Shown in pieces: positions 52,185-62,669 of a DNA stretch of 64,000 bases. Position numbers and translations under genes: made by a program. The notes below the pieces were generated by a model. It did not search any database. It was not told the origin of the DNA and worked only from the letters and a program-made list of their open reading frames with translations. Position 1 is the first letter of the stretch. The number at the start of each line of letters is the position of its first letter. This stretch comes from Marsupella aquatica (Eukaryota > Plantae > Marchantiophyta), in assembly GCA_973895155.1 (NCBI GenBank), contig OZ316891.1, positions 19,431,048 through 19,495,047 on the forward strand, in the 5' to 3' direction.

Positions 52185-52528
52185 TGTTAGATATTGCTCT
52201 AGTTTTGGGACTCTTGTGCTAACCACAGTTAGGCTAACTTGGGTTAGGACCTAGCTAAGGTTAGCGGTAGTGCTGTTGTGCATATAGCCAGGGCTGATGC
52301 CAGACCCTGGTGAAACTTAGGCTCATTGTTACGGAGCTAGTTGAGAGATAGGGAGAGCTTGTGCTGTGGATGCTTGGTATGGCCGGTCGGCCTAGAGTAC
52401 AGTCAAGCTCTTGTGTGTTCCCGTGGACGTAGCCTCATGTGGAGGTGAACCACGTATCTCTCTGTGTCAACTCTTGTGCGTTGGATGGTTCATGGGCTTG
52501 CCGTTACTAATGTCGTCTATGCTCAACA
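52185..52528 (+). mobile_element. Solo LTR (344 bp, Copia-like) with 5-bp TSD ATTAG
   Basis: Termini are TGTTAG...TCAACA, and ATTAG flanks both sides (52180-52184, 52529-52533). Same family as 31347-31678 but in the opposite orientation. Confidence 0.9.
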
Positions 52529-53147
52529 ATTAGTCCATTCCAATTGTACCGTTTTTGTCTAGGGTCCATGGGAGCATCATTTTCTCTCTTGCAGCCCCTT
52601 AATTTCTCTTGTTTGAACCTGCCTCCTCCTCCCAGGCAGGGGTCCTTGTTGTCCCCTTTGGAAAAAATTGAAATAAAATCATTTAAAAATAATAATAATT
52701 ATGAAAAAAATTTGAACTTAAATTTTAGTGACAAACAGAAAAAATAAAATCACTTCACAAATTTAGGCACAGCACGTGATGCAACAAGAGGGCCGATGAT
52801 CCCACCCAACAAGAGGAGGATGGTCAGTCGACCACGGCTCAAACCCCGTTGGCGTAATCGAAGTCATGTTGAGTCAATTCTTCTCCTCACACTTTCAAGG
52901 CCTCTCCTCAGTGTGCACCCACTGTACAGTGAAATTCGGAGCATGAAGGACGCACCTCCCCTTCCTCCTTCATCCCCCTCTCGCTCTCTCTTTCTCTCTC
53001 TTTACCTCTCTCTTTCTGATCTGTGATGGAGATGACGATGAAGACGATGAAGACGACGAGCATCAGGGACGCGAAATTGCGGAGAGCGTCATGAATCGAC
53101 GGCGTCGTGCGAGGACGATTTCTGGTAAGATTTCTGGCTCACGCCAC

Positions 53148-53785
53148 GCTAGCCCTGATGTCAATGTTTTACCCGTCATTGATTGATTGATGCTCGTGCA
53201 CTTTATTTGTTCGCGGGAAGCGTATCGATTGTTCAAATGGATGCGTTTGCGATCCTTTCGATTTGAGAGGACTGGTACTGTAGGTAGAGAATGAGCTAGC
53301 GAGGGATCGGATGGAAATTCTTGTGGAGGTTTTTGGCTGGATCTAAAGCTGGCTTTGATGTCAATGTTTTCCCTGTCGTTGATTGATTGATGCTCGTGCA
53401 CATTGCCTGTTTGCCGGAAGCGTATCGATTGATCGAATGGATGCGTTTACATTCGTGAGAGGACTGGTACTGTCGGTAGAGAATGAGCTAGCGAGGGATC
53501 GGATGAAATTTCTTGTATAGATTTTTGGCTGGATCTAACGCTAGCTTTGATGTCAATGCTTTCCCTGACGTTGATTAATTGACGCTCGTGCACATTGCCT
53601 GTTTGCCGAAGCGTATCGATTGATCGAATGGCTGCGTTTGCGATCGTGAGAGGTACTGCAGTTAGTAAAATGAGCTAGCGAGAGGATGAAAATTCTTGTA
53701 GAGGTTTTTGGCTGGATCTAATGGAGTGAAACTGTCGTCTGTTCCTCCGCGCTAGCCCTGATGTCAATGTTTTCCCTGTCATCGA
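53148..53785. repeat. Tandem repeat, about 190-200-bp unit, about 3.2 copies, inside the putative 5'-UTR intron of the DQD/SDH gene
   Basis: GCTAGC..TGATGTCAATGTTTT.CC.GTC.TTGATT.ATTGA.GCTCGTGCAC...GAAGCGTATCGATTG...GAGCTAGCGAG...TTTTTGGCTGGATCTAA starts near 53148, 53348, 53540 and 53750. A CTG|GTAAGA donor lies near 53124 and a TGCTGCAG acceptor near 54015. Confidence 0.88.
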
Positions 53786-54139
53786 TCCGCTTTGAAATGT
53801 CCATTTGTGCTTTGCCTTCGTTGGAATTTGGCTGTGCACTGCTTTTTGTCTCTCTTGAAAATCGTGACATGGAGAATGCATTCTCCATTTCTGCAGCTTT
53901 TGCTCCAGCGAGAGGATCTTTCCTATGTGTTGAAATTTCTGTCACACTATTGAGTGTTTTCTGTCTTTCTGTTCAAAATCTCCTTATTGAATGAGAGTCA
54001 TGGATTGTGCTGCAGAGAACTCGGGCTAAACGGTTGCCAGTCGGAAGAGAGCAAACTGAGTGGTGTAAAGTTTGCCCATCACGCACCTGAACAGAAATTG
54101 AAGAAGGACAAGAAATAGAAGAAGAGTGAGTTTCTAAGG

Positions 54140-55687
54140 ATGGCGAGCACGACGCTCCTGTGTGCGCCACTGGTAGCAAAATCAGTGGATGAGATGGTAG
54201 AGAAGATAGGGCAGGCGAAAACTGCCGGCGCGGATCTTGTCGAGCTTCGGGTGGACTGGATCACAGGCTTCAACGCCGAGAGCGATCTCCCGATCCTGCT
54301 CAATGCTAGGACCTTGCCAGCCATTGTCACTTACCGGCCGAAGTGGGAGGGAGGAGAGTACGAAGGAGACGAAGCGCCTCGCCTGGCTGCGCTTCACTTG
54401 GCAGCCGACCTCGGAGCTGATTACGTAGACGTAGAGCTCCAAGTCGCAACGAAATTCATCGATTCTCGCAAGGAAAGGAAATCAGGAGGAAAAAGTGGAA
54501 CGAAATTCATCGTATCCAACCATAATTATGAATTCACGCCTTCCGAGGAAGAAATGGGAGCGCTCGCTGCCAAGTGCGTGACTGCTGGAGCTGACATCGT
54601 GAAACTTGTCACAACAGCCCAAAACATCACTGACGTTGTGAGGATGTTGCAGCTGATGACACGGTCCTCAGTTCCGATCATCACGCTGGTTATGGGGAAC
54701 AAAGGGGTGATTAGCAGGATCCTTGCGCCAAAATTCGGTGGGTATCTAACGTTCGGAACTCTTGCCAAAGGTCAAGAGAGTGCTCCGGGACAGCCTACTT
54801 TGGAGGAGCTGATCAAAGTGTACAGGGTGAAGCAAATTGGAAGAGACACAAAAGTGTATGGCATTGCTGGCAATCCAGTGGGGCACAGCAAGGGCCCAAC
54901 CCTCCACAATAAAGCCTTTGCAGAGAAAGGGATCAATGCCGTTTATGTCCCGTACTTAGTCGATGATCTTCCATCCTTCTTGAAAGTGTTCGAGTCCAGT
55001 GATTTCGTTGGGTTCAGTGTTACCATACCCCACAAGGAGGCAGCTGCCGCGGCAGCTGATGAAGTGGAAAGTCTTGCTAAACAGATAGGGGCTGTGAATA
55101 CATTAGTGAGGACGAAAGACATGAAATTGACGGGTTACAACACTGATTGTGTTGGAGCTTTAAGCGCCATAGAAGATGGCTTACGAGGAGTCCACCTGCA
55201 GGGAAGTGAGGAATCACCTTTGCAAGGAAAGACGTTTGTGGTTATTGGTGCAGGTGGAGCTGGTAAGGCTCTAGCTTTTGGAGCGCATGTACGGGGGGCT
55301 AAAGTCATCATCGCCAACCGAACCATTGCAAGAGCTCAAACATTAGCCGAGCAGATCGGGGCAAATGCGGAGGCAATTACGTTGGCACAACTTGAAGAAT
55401 TGAAGGCCACGAAGGGATTTGTCCTGGCCAACACTTCTTCTGTTGGTATGCAACCGAATGTCCATGAAAGCCCTCTGTCGAGAGAGGCACTGAAAGGTTA
55501 TGAGCTCGTCTTTGATGCCGTTTACACACCAAGAGTGACACGGTTACTCCGCGAGGCAGGCGAGTGGGGAGCTGCGACTGTCAGCGGTATAGAGATGTTC
55601 ATTGGGCAGGCCATTCTTCAGTTTGAACTGTTCACTGGTGGACCTGCCCCAATTCAGCTGATGAGAGAACTCATAGAGACATTCTAA
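54140..55687 (+). CDS. Bifunctional type I 3-dehydroquinate dehydratase / shikimate (or quinate) dehydrogenase (DQD/SDH), intronless CDS, 515 aa
   Basis: The DQD domain has GADLVELRVD, TYRPKWEGGEY, DYVDVEL, VSNHNY, GADIVKLVT, ISRILAPKFGGYLTFG and SAPGQPT. The SDH domain has GNPVGHSKGP.LHN, GFSVTIPHKE, IGAVNTL, GYNTD, Rossmann GAGGAGKA, ANRT, NTSSVGM.P, VFDAVYTP..TRLLREA and G.EMFIGQA..QFELFTG. Confidence 0.96.
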   Translation: MASTTLLCAPLVAKSVDEMVEKIGQAKTAGADLVELRVDWITGFNAESDLPILLNARTLPAIVTYRPKWEGGEYEGDEAPRLAALHLAADLGADYVDVELQVATKFIDSRKERKSGGKSGTKFIVSNHNYEFTPSEEEMGALAAKCVTAGADIVKLVTTAQNITDVVRMLQLMTRSSVPIITLVMGNKGVISRILAPKFGGYLTFGTLAKGQESAPGQPTLEELIKVYRVKQIGRDTKVYGIAGNPVGHSKGPTLHNKAFAEKGINAVYVPYLVDDLPSFLKVFESSDFVGFSVTIPHKEAAAAAADEVESLAKQIGAVNTLVRTKDMKLTGYNTDCVGALSAIEDGLRGVHLQGSEESPLQGKTFVVIGAGGAGKALAFGAHVRGAKVIIANRTIARAQTLAEQIGANAEAITLAQLEELKATKGFVLANTSSVGMQPNVHESPLSREALKGYELVFDAVYTPRVTRLLREAGEWGAATVSGIEMFIGQAILQFELFTGGPAPIQLMRELIETF

Positions 55688-57192
55688 GGCATCTCTTACT
55701 GGGTCATAGATGTGGCTTAGCTCTTGCCGCAGGAGGCACAATATTAGGATTCGGAAGAAAAAGGTCTGTTAATGATGAGGTATCATTTTTGTACTGATAA
55801 GAAAGGAGTGGGGTTTCAGTCCTGCATTCCGTTTTTGAAGCAGATACTTTTCCAGGGACTGAATATCTCTGGAAAACATGCTCTTTCATATCCCTGTTGT
55901 TCCTGCTGAGAAGCTGGAAGCACACTTGAGTGACCCATATTTCTCACATTCAAGACCATCCGAGTGTCTGGGCGCAACAGCCTTAGTAATTTCTCCCTTG
56001 TTTATGTTATGTACCCCCTGAATCCTTTCCTTGGAATGCTTTGAACGACTATGTTCTGATGTCACCGTACCTCTTCAACAATAGTCATACGAATCAGGTG
56101 CGTCTCCCTATTACCTCCAAGATCTTCATGTATCTCCCAGCGTTACTAGATACGGCTGTTCCGTGGCTAATCTTGTGAAGACTCCTCATATTCCCACATT
56201 TTCTTCGAGTGGACTGAATCATGTTATAGCCACGTTCAAATGTTTGCTTCCAGTGACCCAAAGTTTGCTCACATTTCTTTCCTCTGTTATTGTAGTTCAT
56301 GCCCAAGCTGCCATTTTTTGCTTTTTCCAGTAAACACACCTCTGTATGTTTCAGAGAGGGATAGTAGTGATCACGAGCGCGCAATGCTATCTCGTGTTTC
56401 TCTAAACGTTTCCGACATCTGCTACATTTCATTCCTAACACGTCTGTCATGGATGCCTTAGACAAGCAGAACCCCAAAGTACTAGACCACACTGGTTTCC
56501 TGCAAGGGGGATGATTGCAATCCAGGTCTGCGTTCTATTGAGTCCACCTGCTCTTAGAGCGATAACGAATGCCATTGTAATTTAAGGCGTGCCCAGAAAG
56601 TAAAGCCTTGAATCTGGTGCCTGGATTAATCACCAGATAAGAATCCTCAATCTAACGCTAGTTGGTCACAACATATCATGAAGTGGATTTACCACCTTGT
56701 CTCCAGTGCTATGTATATAAGCTGGACGATGGAAGTTGTATGGGAGTCTTGGTAAATTACTTCCCTGACCATGAGTGTATCTGAGAACTCAAGTCTTGGC
56801 CCCGCGAGGAAACCTGTAATCCACTCGGATTTCTGGACATCATTACACATCAATATACACCGAACTCCAGGATTGGGTGGATATGGACGCAGAGTCATTT
56901 CACCAGCCTTCCTTTGTAACCCAGGATTTTTATTCAGAAACTAAGGCTGCTTCAATGTGACGCCCACAGCACCAAGGTTATGAGTATAAGTTCGAAACAA
57001 TCCCGGTCTCCGAACCAACGCCATTTAGGCTTCAGCTGAGATCTACCAAAAATATTTGTGCCGAATAAAATTGAGAAACGAAGCATTCTACAATGTATCC
57101 CATCTCCGCCAAGGGCAGCAAACTCCGGACTAAATGTACAAAACTGCCTCTGCTTCTTCACGGAGAGTCTTGTCCATAAGGTTGGTGAACTT

Positions 57193-58617
57193 TTAGCATA
57201 TGGAACCTTTCCCTCTCGAGGATTCCCTCTGAATCGTGTCAAACTTTGACGAATGTCTTCGATTACTACACAGACCAAGTTTTCTCTTACAACAATAATA
57301 GCACACACCGTTAGAACAGTATCTAGATTTACGATACGTACACGAGGCCGTTGGGCAGGGAAAACCGTTGTCGGAGGAGGTCCGTTTGGGAGAGGATGGC
57401 CTGTGAAGAAGGGATTGGGATCCGTGTCTATCCAGCAATGGGGAGGATGGTGCACTTCCCAATATACCATCGTTGACAGAAGGTCTGTTTGGAAATGGAG
57501 ACAAATGTCTGCCTAAAGAAGTAGAGGAATGTCTATTTGGGAAAGGAGACACCGGTCTGCCCAACGACGGAGAGGAAGGTCTGTTTGAAAAAGGAGAGAG
57601 CGGTCTGCCCAAGGAGGGAGAGGAAGGTCTGTTGAGCGAAGATGATGCGCCTAAACCATTCCTGTCATACGGTCTGCCTGAAAAGGGAGGCACTGGTCTA
57701 CCCAAAGGCGGAGAGGAAGGTCTGTTTGGAACAGGAGATGCTGGTCTCCTCAACGACGGAGAGCAAGGTCTGTTTGGAAAAGGAGACACCGGTCTACCCA
57801 ATGACGCAGAGGAAGGTGTATTGAGCGATGACGTGCTTTTGCCTTTACGACTGTGTGGTCTTTTGCTCGTGGCACCTGCTCCGTTACAAACTGAGATGGT
57901 GATAGGAGCTTGTAGGCTTACAGACTGTGTTAAATTCCGGAGCCCTGATTGAGATCTACTGCTGCCTCCTTGGAGTTTCAGAACACTCGATATATTCTGA
58001 GCTTCACAAGGCTGCTGCTTATGGGCATCACGGTCGGAAGGAAACAGTACATGCGCGGGTTTAAACCACTGCCGGTGATTATTTATAGAAATGGTCGCAC
58101 CTCCACTCGGATCCCCATTTTCAGAAGGTAACCCGAATTGTCGGATTCTTCCAAGTGGTACAGTATTGGCACCAGTTTGGGTGTGATGATGCACCACTCT
58201 CGCTTCGTTGATTTCCCCATTTTCAGCAGGTAACCCGAATTGTCGGATTCTTCCAAGCGGTACAGTATTGGCACCAGTTTGGGTGTGATAATGCACCACT
58301 CTTGCTTTGTTGCTTTCCACACTTTCAGAATGTAAGCCGAATTGTCGTATTTTTCCAAGCGGTACAGAATTGGCACCAGTTTGGGTGTGATGACGCACCA
58401 CTCTTGCTTCGTTGATTTCCACAGTTTCAGAATGTAAGCCGAATTGTCGGATTCTTCCAAGCGGTACAGAATTGGCACCAGTTGGGGCGTGAGGTCGGGT
58501 CCCAACTGCTGCGAGTTGGTGACCAGAGACAGCTGACTGAAATACGTTTCCACTATTGCTGGACTCTTTTGATGCCAAGGTGTCGGTGTAAGGATTCGCT
58601 AGCTGTGTCCTTGACAC
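57193..58617 (-). CDS. Large exon or ORF (474 aa) of a repeat-rich protein: 34-aa repeats, 16-aa Ser/Pro repeats and a C-terminal Cys/His zinc-finger-like motif
   Basis: The reading frame is open for 1.4 kb and a TTGCAG acceptor lies near 58637. The repeats preserve frame (102-bp and 48-bp units). The motif is CPTASC-x7-C-x4-C-x2-CC-x6-C-x4-H. Confidence 0.55.
   Translation of the reverse strand: MSRTQLANPYTDTLASKESSNSGNVFQSAVSGHQLAAVGTRPHAPTGANSVPLGRIRQFGLHSETVEINEARVVRHHTQTGANSVPLGKIRQFGLHSESVESNKARVVHYHTQTGANTVPLGRIRQFGLPAENGEINEARVVHHHTQTGANTVPLGRIRQFGLPSENGDPSGGATISINNHRQWFKPAHVLFPSDRDAHKQQPCEAQNISSVLKLQGGSSRSQSGLRNLTQSVSLQAPITISVCNGAGATSKRPHSRKGKSTSSLNTPSSASLGRPVSPFPNRPCSPSLRRPASPVPNRPSSPPLGRPVPPFSGRPYDRNGLGASSSLNRPSSPSLGRPLSPFSNRPSSPSLGRPVSPFPNRHSSTSLGRHLSPFPNRPSVNDGILGSAPSSPLLDRHGSQSLLHRPSSPKRTSSDNGFPCPTASCTYRKSRYCSNGVCYYCCKRKLGLCSNRRHSSKFDTIQRESSRGKGSIC
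57476..57825 (-). repeat. Coding minisatellite, 48-bp (16-aa) unit NRPSSPSLGRPVSPFP, about 6-7 copies
   Basis: GGAGAGGAAGGTCTGTTTGGAAAAGGAGACACCGGTCT.CCCAA recurs on the + strand. Confidence 0.88.
58114..58482 (-). repeat. Coding tandem repeat, 102-bp (34-aa) unit, about 3.6 copies
   Basis: GAATTGTCG.AT...TCCAAG.GGTACAG.ATTGGCACCAGTT recurs at 102-bp spacing (about 58135, 58237, 58339, 58441). Confidence 0.92.
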
Positions 58618-60599
58618 ACCTTCAAGCCCAAATCTTCCTGCATTCCCTTGATGCCCTGCAACAATATGTCAGAAATAATAAAAAGGAATTTGCAAACAAT
58701 TTCAAAGATTAAATCACCACATTTCAAGGACAAGATATAACAACCGCCTACCTTTAAATCTTCCCTGCTTCACTGCCCTGATTTGTCTTGCAGCTGCACC
58801 CCGCTCATGCTTTTCATCCAAGGTTCTTTGTCTCTCCCCTTCGTCGGCCCACTTCTGCATGGAGCGCCAATACAATCTTAGTTTCCAACTCGACATCATT
58901 GGTCAGGATCAGAACCAAAGCCCTCTAAAGGAGGCGAGCAAATCCAACACGAAATGGACAAACAATCAACCGAAGGCCATCCTGATTCAGATACATTGGA
59001 GAGGGACGTGAAAGCGATGTACATAGATAGTTTACAACTAGTAAAAAATTCGAAGTAAGGCGAAAGGCAACAAGGATTGGCCTCGTCCCAATAGAAATGG
59101 ACAATTTTTCGTGGTATAACGAAAGGAGGTAAGACCTGACGAAAGGCTTTTCGCTTGTAGAGATTCCGTCCCTTCACTAGCAACTGTTTCATTGGGGATA
59201 GTGGGCGGCAACCAGTACTCCACAATACCTCAACCTGATGTGCCCAAAACAAAAAAGACCTATCAAGATGATGCTAACGGGTGGAGCTAGATGTCAAAAC
59301 CAGAGACAACTACGCTGTAACAGTACCCGGTGGAATGTGCAGGAGAAAAAGGATATAACATACAATGATAATGCTATAACCCTAAACTTGCCACTTGACC
59401 ATTGCTCTAACAGCCTCGAGACTCTGCAGGCTGATGACATTTTTAGTTGAATATAGATGGATTCTAGCTTAATTTGAAAACCACATCTCTAATGTACCGT
59501 GAAAGTGTGTTGCTGCCGTTGTGCACCATAGCTCTCCTTCACTACCCTGCCTGCCACAGTTCTACTTCTTGCTCGTGTGGCATTTTGGGTAGTCACAGAG
59601 TTCCTGTTAGGTGTAGTCGAACAAAACTTGTCATTCCTTCAATCAGGCATATGCAAAATTTAACATCAGTCCAGCAGACCGGATATGTGCCCAAAGCATC
59701 TTCCAAGTTCCTCACTACCAGTTTTGTTTCAGAGGCGGGGAAGAACCGTTAATTGAAGACAATGCCTACTTATAATGACTGATACGAGAATTTCAAATAG
59801 AAGAACTCACTTGTTGTAGACCTTCTGGTTAAACACTACCACATCTCCTTTGCACACATCGCCTGTAGAACCAGATACCGAGCTTTGATAAATCTTGTAA
59901 AGCTCATGCATCTTACGTAGAATATGTAACAACAAGAATTGTTCATTAAGCTTAGTTGATAGGAATCCTACCTGTACAGTTGATGTTGAAAGTTGATCTG
60001 CCATAACTTCTTGACCCTCCTTCCTTGAGTCTGGATACACAACCAAGGAAGGTATTCCACTAGCCCTCAGAGTATGACGTCAATGTTGTACCAAAATTGA
60101 AATTCACCGTAGTCCAATTGATAACACGTGAGGGACTTGAGGGAGGTATTCACGCATGGGACAAATATGTAGTGTGTAGTATTGCCTTTTGAGCTTCATC
60201 TGGATACTGATTTGCAAGCTAACACCTAACAGAAGACTCACTCAATATGCTGCTTGATACGATCAATGAGTACGAGCTTTGTTCCAGTAACCCTTAGCCT
60301 GTAGTTGCGAAGATAAGTTTTACAGTCATCGAGTTTCAATTTCTTCAAATCTCCACCTACAACACGTGTAAACATTGCTGGCGCTTAGCGAAGGCTAGTC
60401 CATCGGAAGAATTTGACAACATATGTCCCGCATGAGGATGAGGATGTAAGAATCCACGAAAGAAAGAGTTGTACATACGCTCAAACATGAAAAGCTCCAT
60501 ATTGGTTCCAATTGTGTTTCAGTTCCAATTGCTTTGAGCTCTGTTTGTAGACAACGTCCGTCGATTCAAAGTAGCTATTTCAGAATGTAACTAACTAAA

Positions 60600-62252
60600 A
60601 TGGAGGATAGCTATAATGAACCTCACTGAAGCTCGAGGCTTCTACGCAGTTCGGTACTTGAAATCTAAGTAGGGCAATTTCAAACATATCTCTGGTTTGA
60701 TCGTGGGTGATAATACCTCTAATTATTTTCGCCACTTCCGTAGCGAGGAGTTGGTGAGCAACTGTACTTGCGGAGGTTGACTTCCTTTGGTCACGATTCT
60801 CGTCCTCAGAATGGTCGCTTTCCTCTCGGTCCTCATCCTCTGACATGTCACTATGATCGTCATCTGCATCGTCTGAACTGGAAAGGTCTATGACGGACTC
60901 GGATGATTCAGATAGGTCAATAGGATCCGTCGCAGAGTTGGGCTCGTCGTCTTCTTCACCGCTACTGTTTCATCAGGAAGAGAATGGATTAGGAAATGGG
61001 AGCACTACTCCAACTACTTAAAAGTTCCAAGCTTCTCCACTGCCATCGGAACCATTGCAAAACTTGCAATTTGCATAAGCCATATTACTGAAAAGGAGAA
61101 CAGGTTGGAACCTAGCAGCTGGTTTTTCGGCATTCTTTCAAAAATTGACCATATTTTGCTGACCTCCATTCAAATTTTGATTGGAACGTGCTTTTGAAGA
61201 GATGATAATGGACCTAACACCAAGCGATCACAGAGAACACAGCGGAATCGCATTTTTTGTCCACCTGTCAAGATTCTGAAATTCCCTGTCTGCTTATGAC
61301 AAAATCGATGGCATCCAGGTGCAGGGGCGACAAAGTTCATCAATTTCGTTGCAGCTCACAATCCTAGGGCCAGCGCTTACACAGACTTGTTGGAACCAGC
61401 TAGAATTATCCCGTTTATTGGCGAGCTTTGTGCAATAGTCTGAAATGTGCGCTGACACTCAAATTCCTCTCGACACGAGGAGCTGTCAACTAGTAAGCTA
61501 AATAGATTGGGCAGAAGGCATTCGTACCCTACAACAGTTCAGTAAGTTCATATCCATTCAACACAGAATTATCAGTCCAACTAAGGTTCTTCGTAGCACT
61601 TACTGTGAGCCTCTCTGGTGAGATGGCAATCTTTGCCGTAAGATCTGAATGTGGGAATTGAAAAAGATCTGAATGTGAGAATTGAAAAAATAGAAGTGCC
61701 GTCGAGGATCGTCAATAACACTACTACTTTCGGGACACACATTCATGCACAAGCAGGAGTGCTTAGACGCATTCGCCGTTACATATCCCAACTATCTGTT
61801 GCAGGAAGGTCTATCACTCAGAATTGAGATGACTGTCCTCTGCCCCAAAGTTTCAAACGGACAGTTTAAAGCGGGAAGACCACAGAACGACGAAATTTGT
61901 GCCGTTCCAGCCATCTACCGTACCAATTGCTATTCTCTATCCCCACCCACGGTTCACTGCGCTACGGAGATTCGAATCATAGCGAGATTGCAATTCATGA
62001 CGACGAGACGTATCCTTTAGTCACCTTGTAGCGCACTTACCTGTCAAGGGAAATGACATTCATCTTCTTCGAGATAATCGCAACTCCCTCCGGTGATTGC
62101 TGCTCTGCCGCCTCGAATGTGGACTTCTTCTTCGTGACTCTTTCCGGGCTCTGCTGTGGAGGCTTGACGAACGCCGCTGCAGGCTGAATCAGAACAGGAA
62201 CCTGGTGCTGCAATTCAGCAAGAGCTTTCCGCGCACGGTTCCTGGTAATCAT
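60600..62252 (-). CDS. First exons of a multi-exon gene (exon 1 62252-62041, exon 2 from 60964) with an acidic, SIM-like N-terminus; downstream exons look degenerate
   Basis: ATG at 62252 (MITRNRARKALAELQ...). The donor GACAG|GTAAGT at 62041 and acceptor AAACAG| at 60964 join in phase 2 into SSGEEDDEPNSATDPIDLSESSESVIDLSSSDDADDD... The 3' extent is not resolved. Confidence 0.5.
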
Positions 62253-62669
62253 TTTGTCTCTGCTCTCCTCTGCTCAGCGGATCAGTGCTCTTTCCTCGCC
62301 TTTTCTATACTCTCCTGCTGTTTCCTCATACTGAGGCGACGATGCTCGCAAGACGCATCAATCTACGCACAGCACAGTAGTTGACATCGAATCCGACATA
62401 CCCCTAATCCAGCCGTTACGGTATTCTTGTACTCGCGATTTTTGAAAATCTGTAATTCTGTAGCCAGTCTTCGCCGGCGGCCCAATGCCCAAAGGATCGG
62501 GCAGACAGTCTACATTGCTTGACTGCTTCTATGAGGAATCTACAGACGCTAAACGTCTAGAATACTGAGGAAGCTACAGATGCTAAAAGTCTACTCTAGG
62601 GGTCTCAACAATTTGATGGAAAGTAACTCTCTAGTTATGGGTTACTAGTTCGATGTCTGTGCATTGCAC

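Noticed and set aside
57473-58553. Alternative ORFs 57473-57952 (+; G/E-rich, collagen-like look) and 58083-58553 (-)
   Set aside because: They are open only because the 48-bp and 102-bp repeats lack stops in those frames. The 474-aa frame spans both repeats and has an acceptor and a Cys motif.
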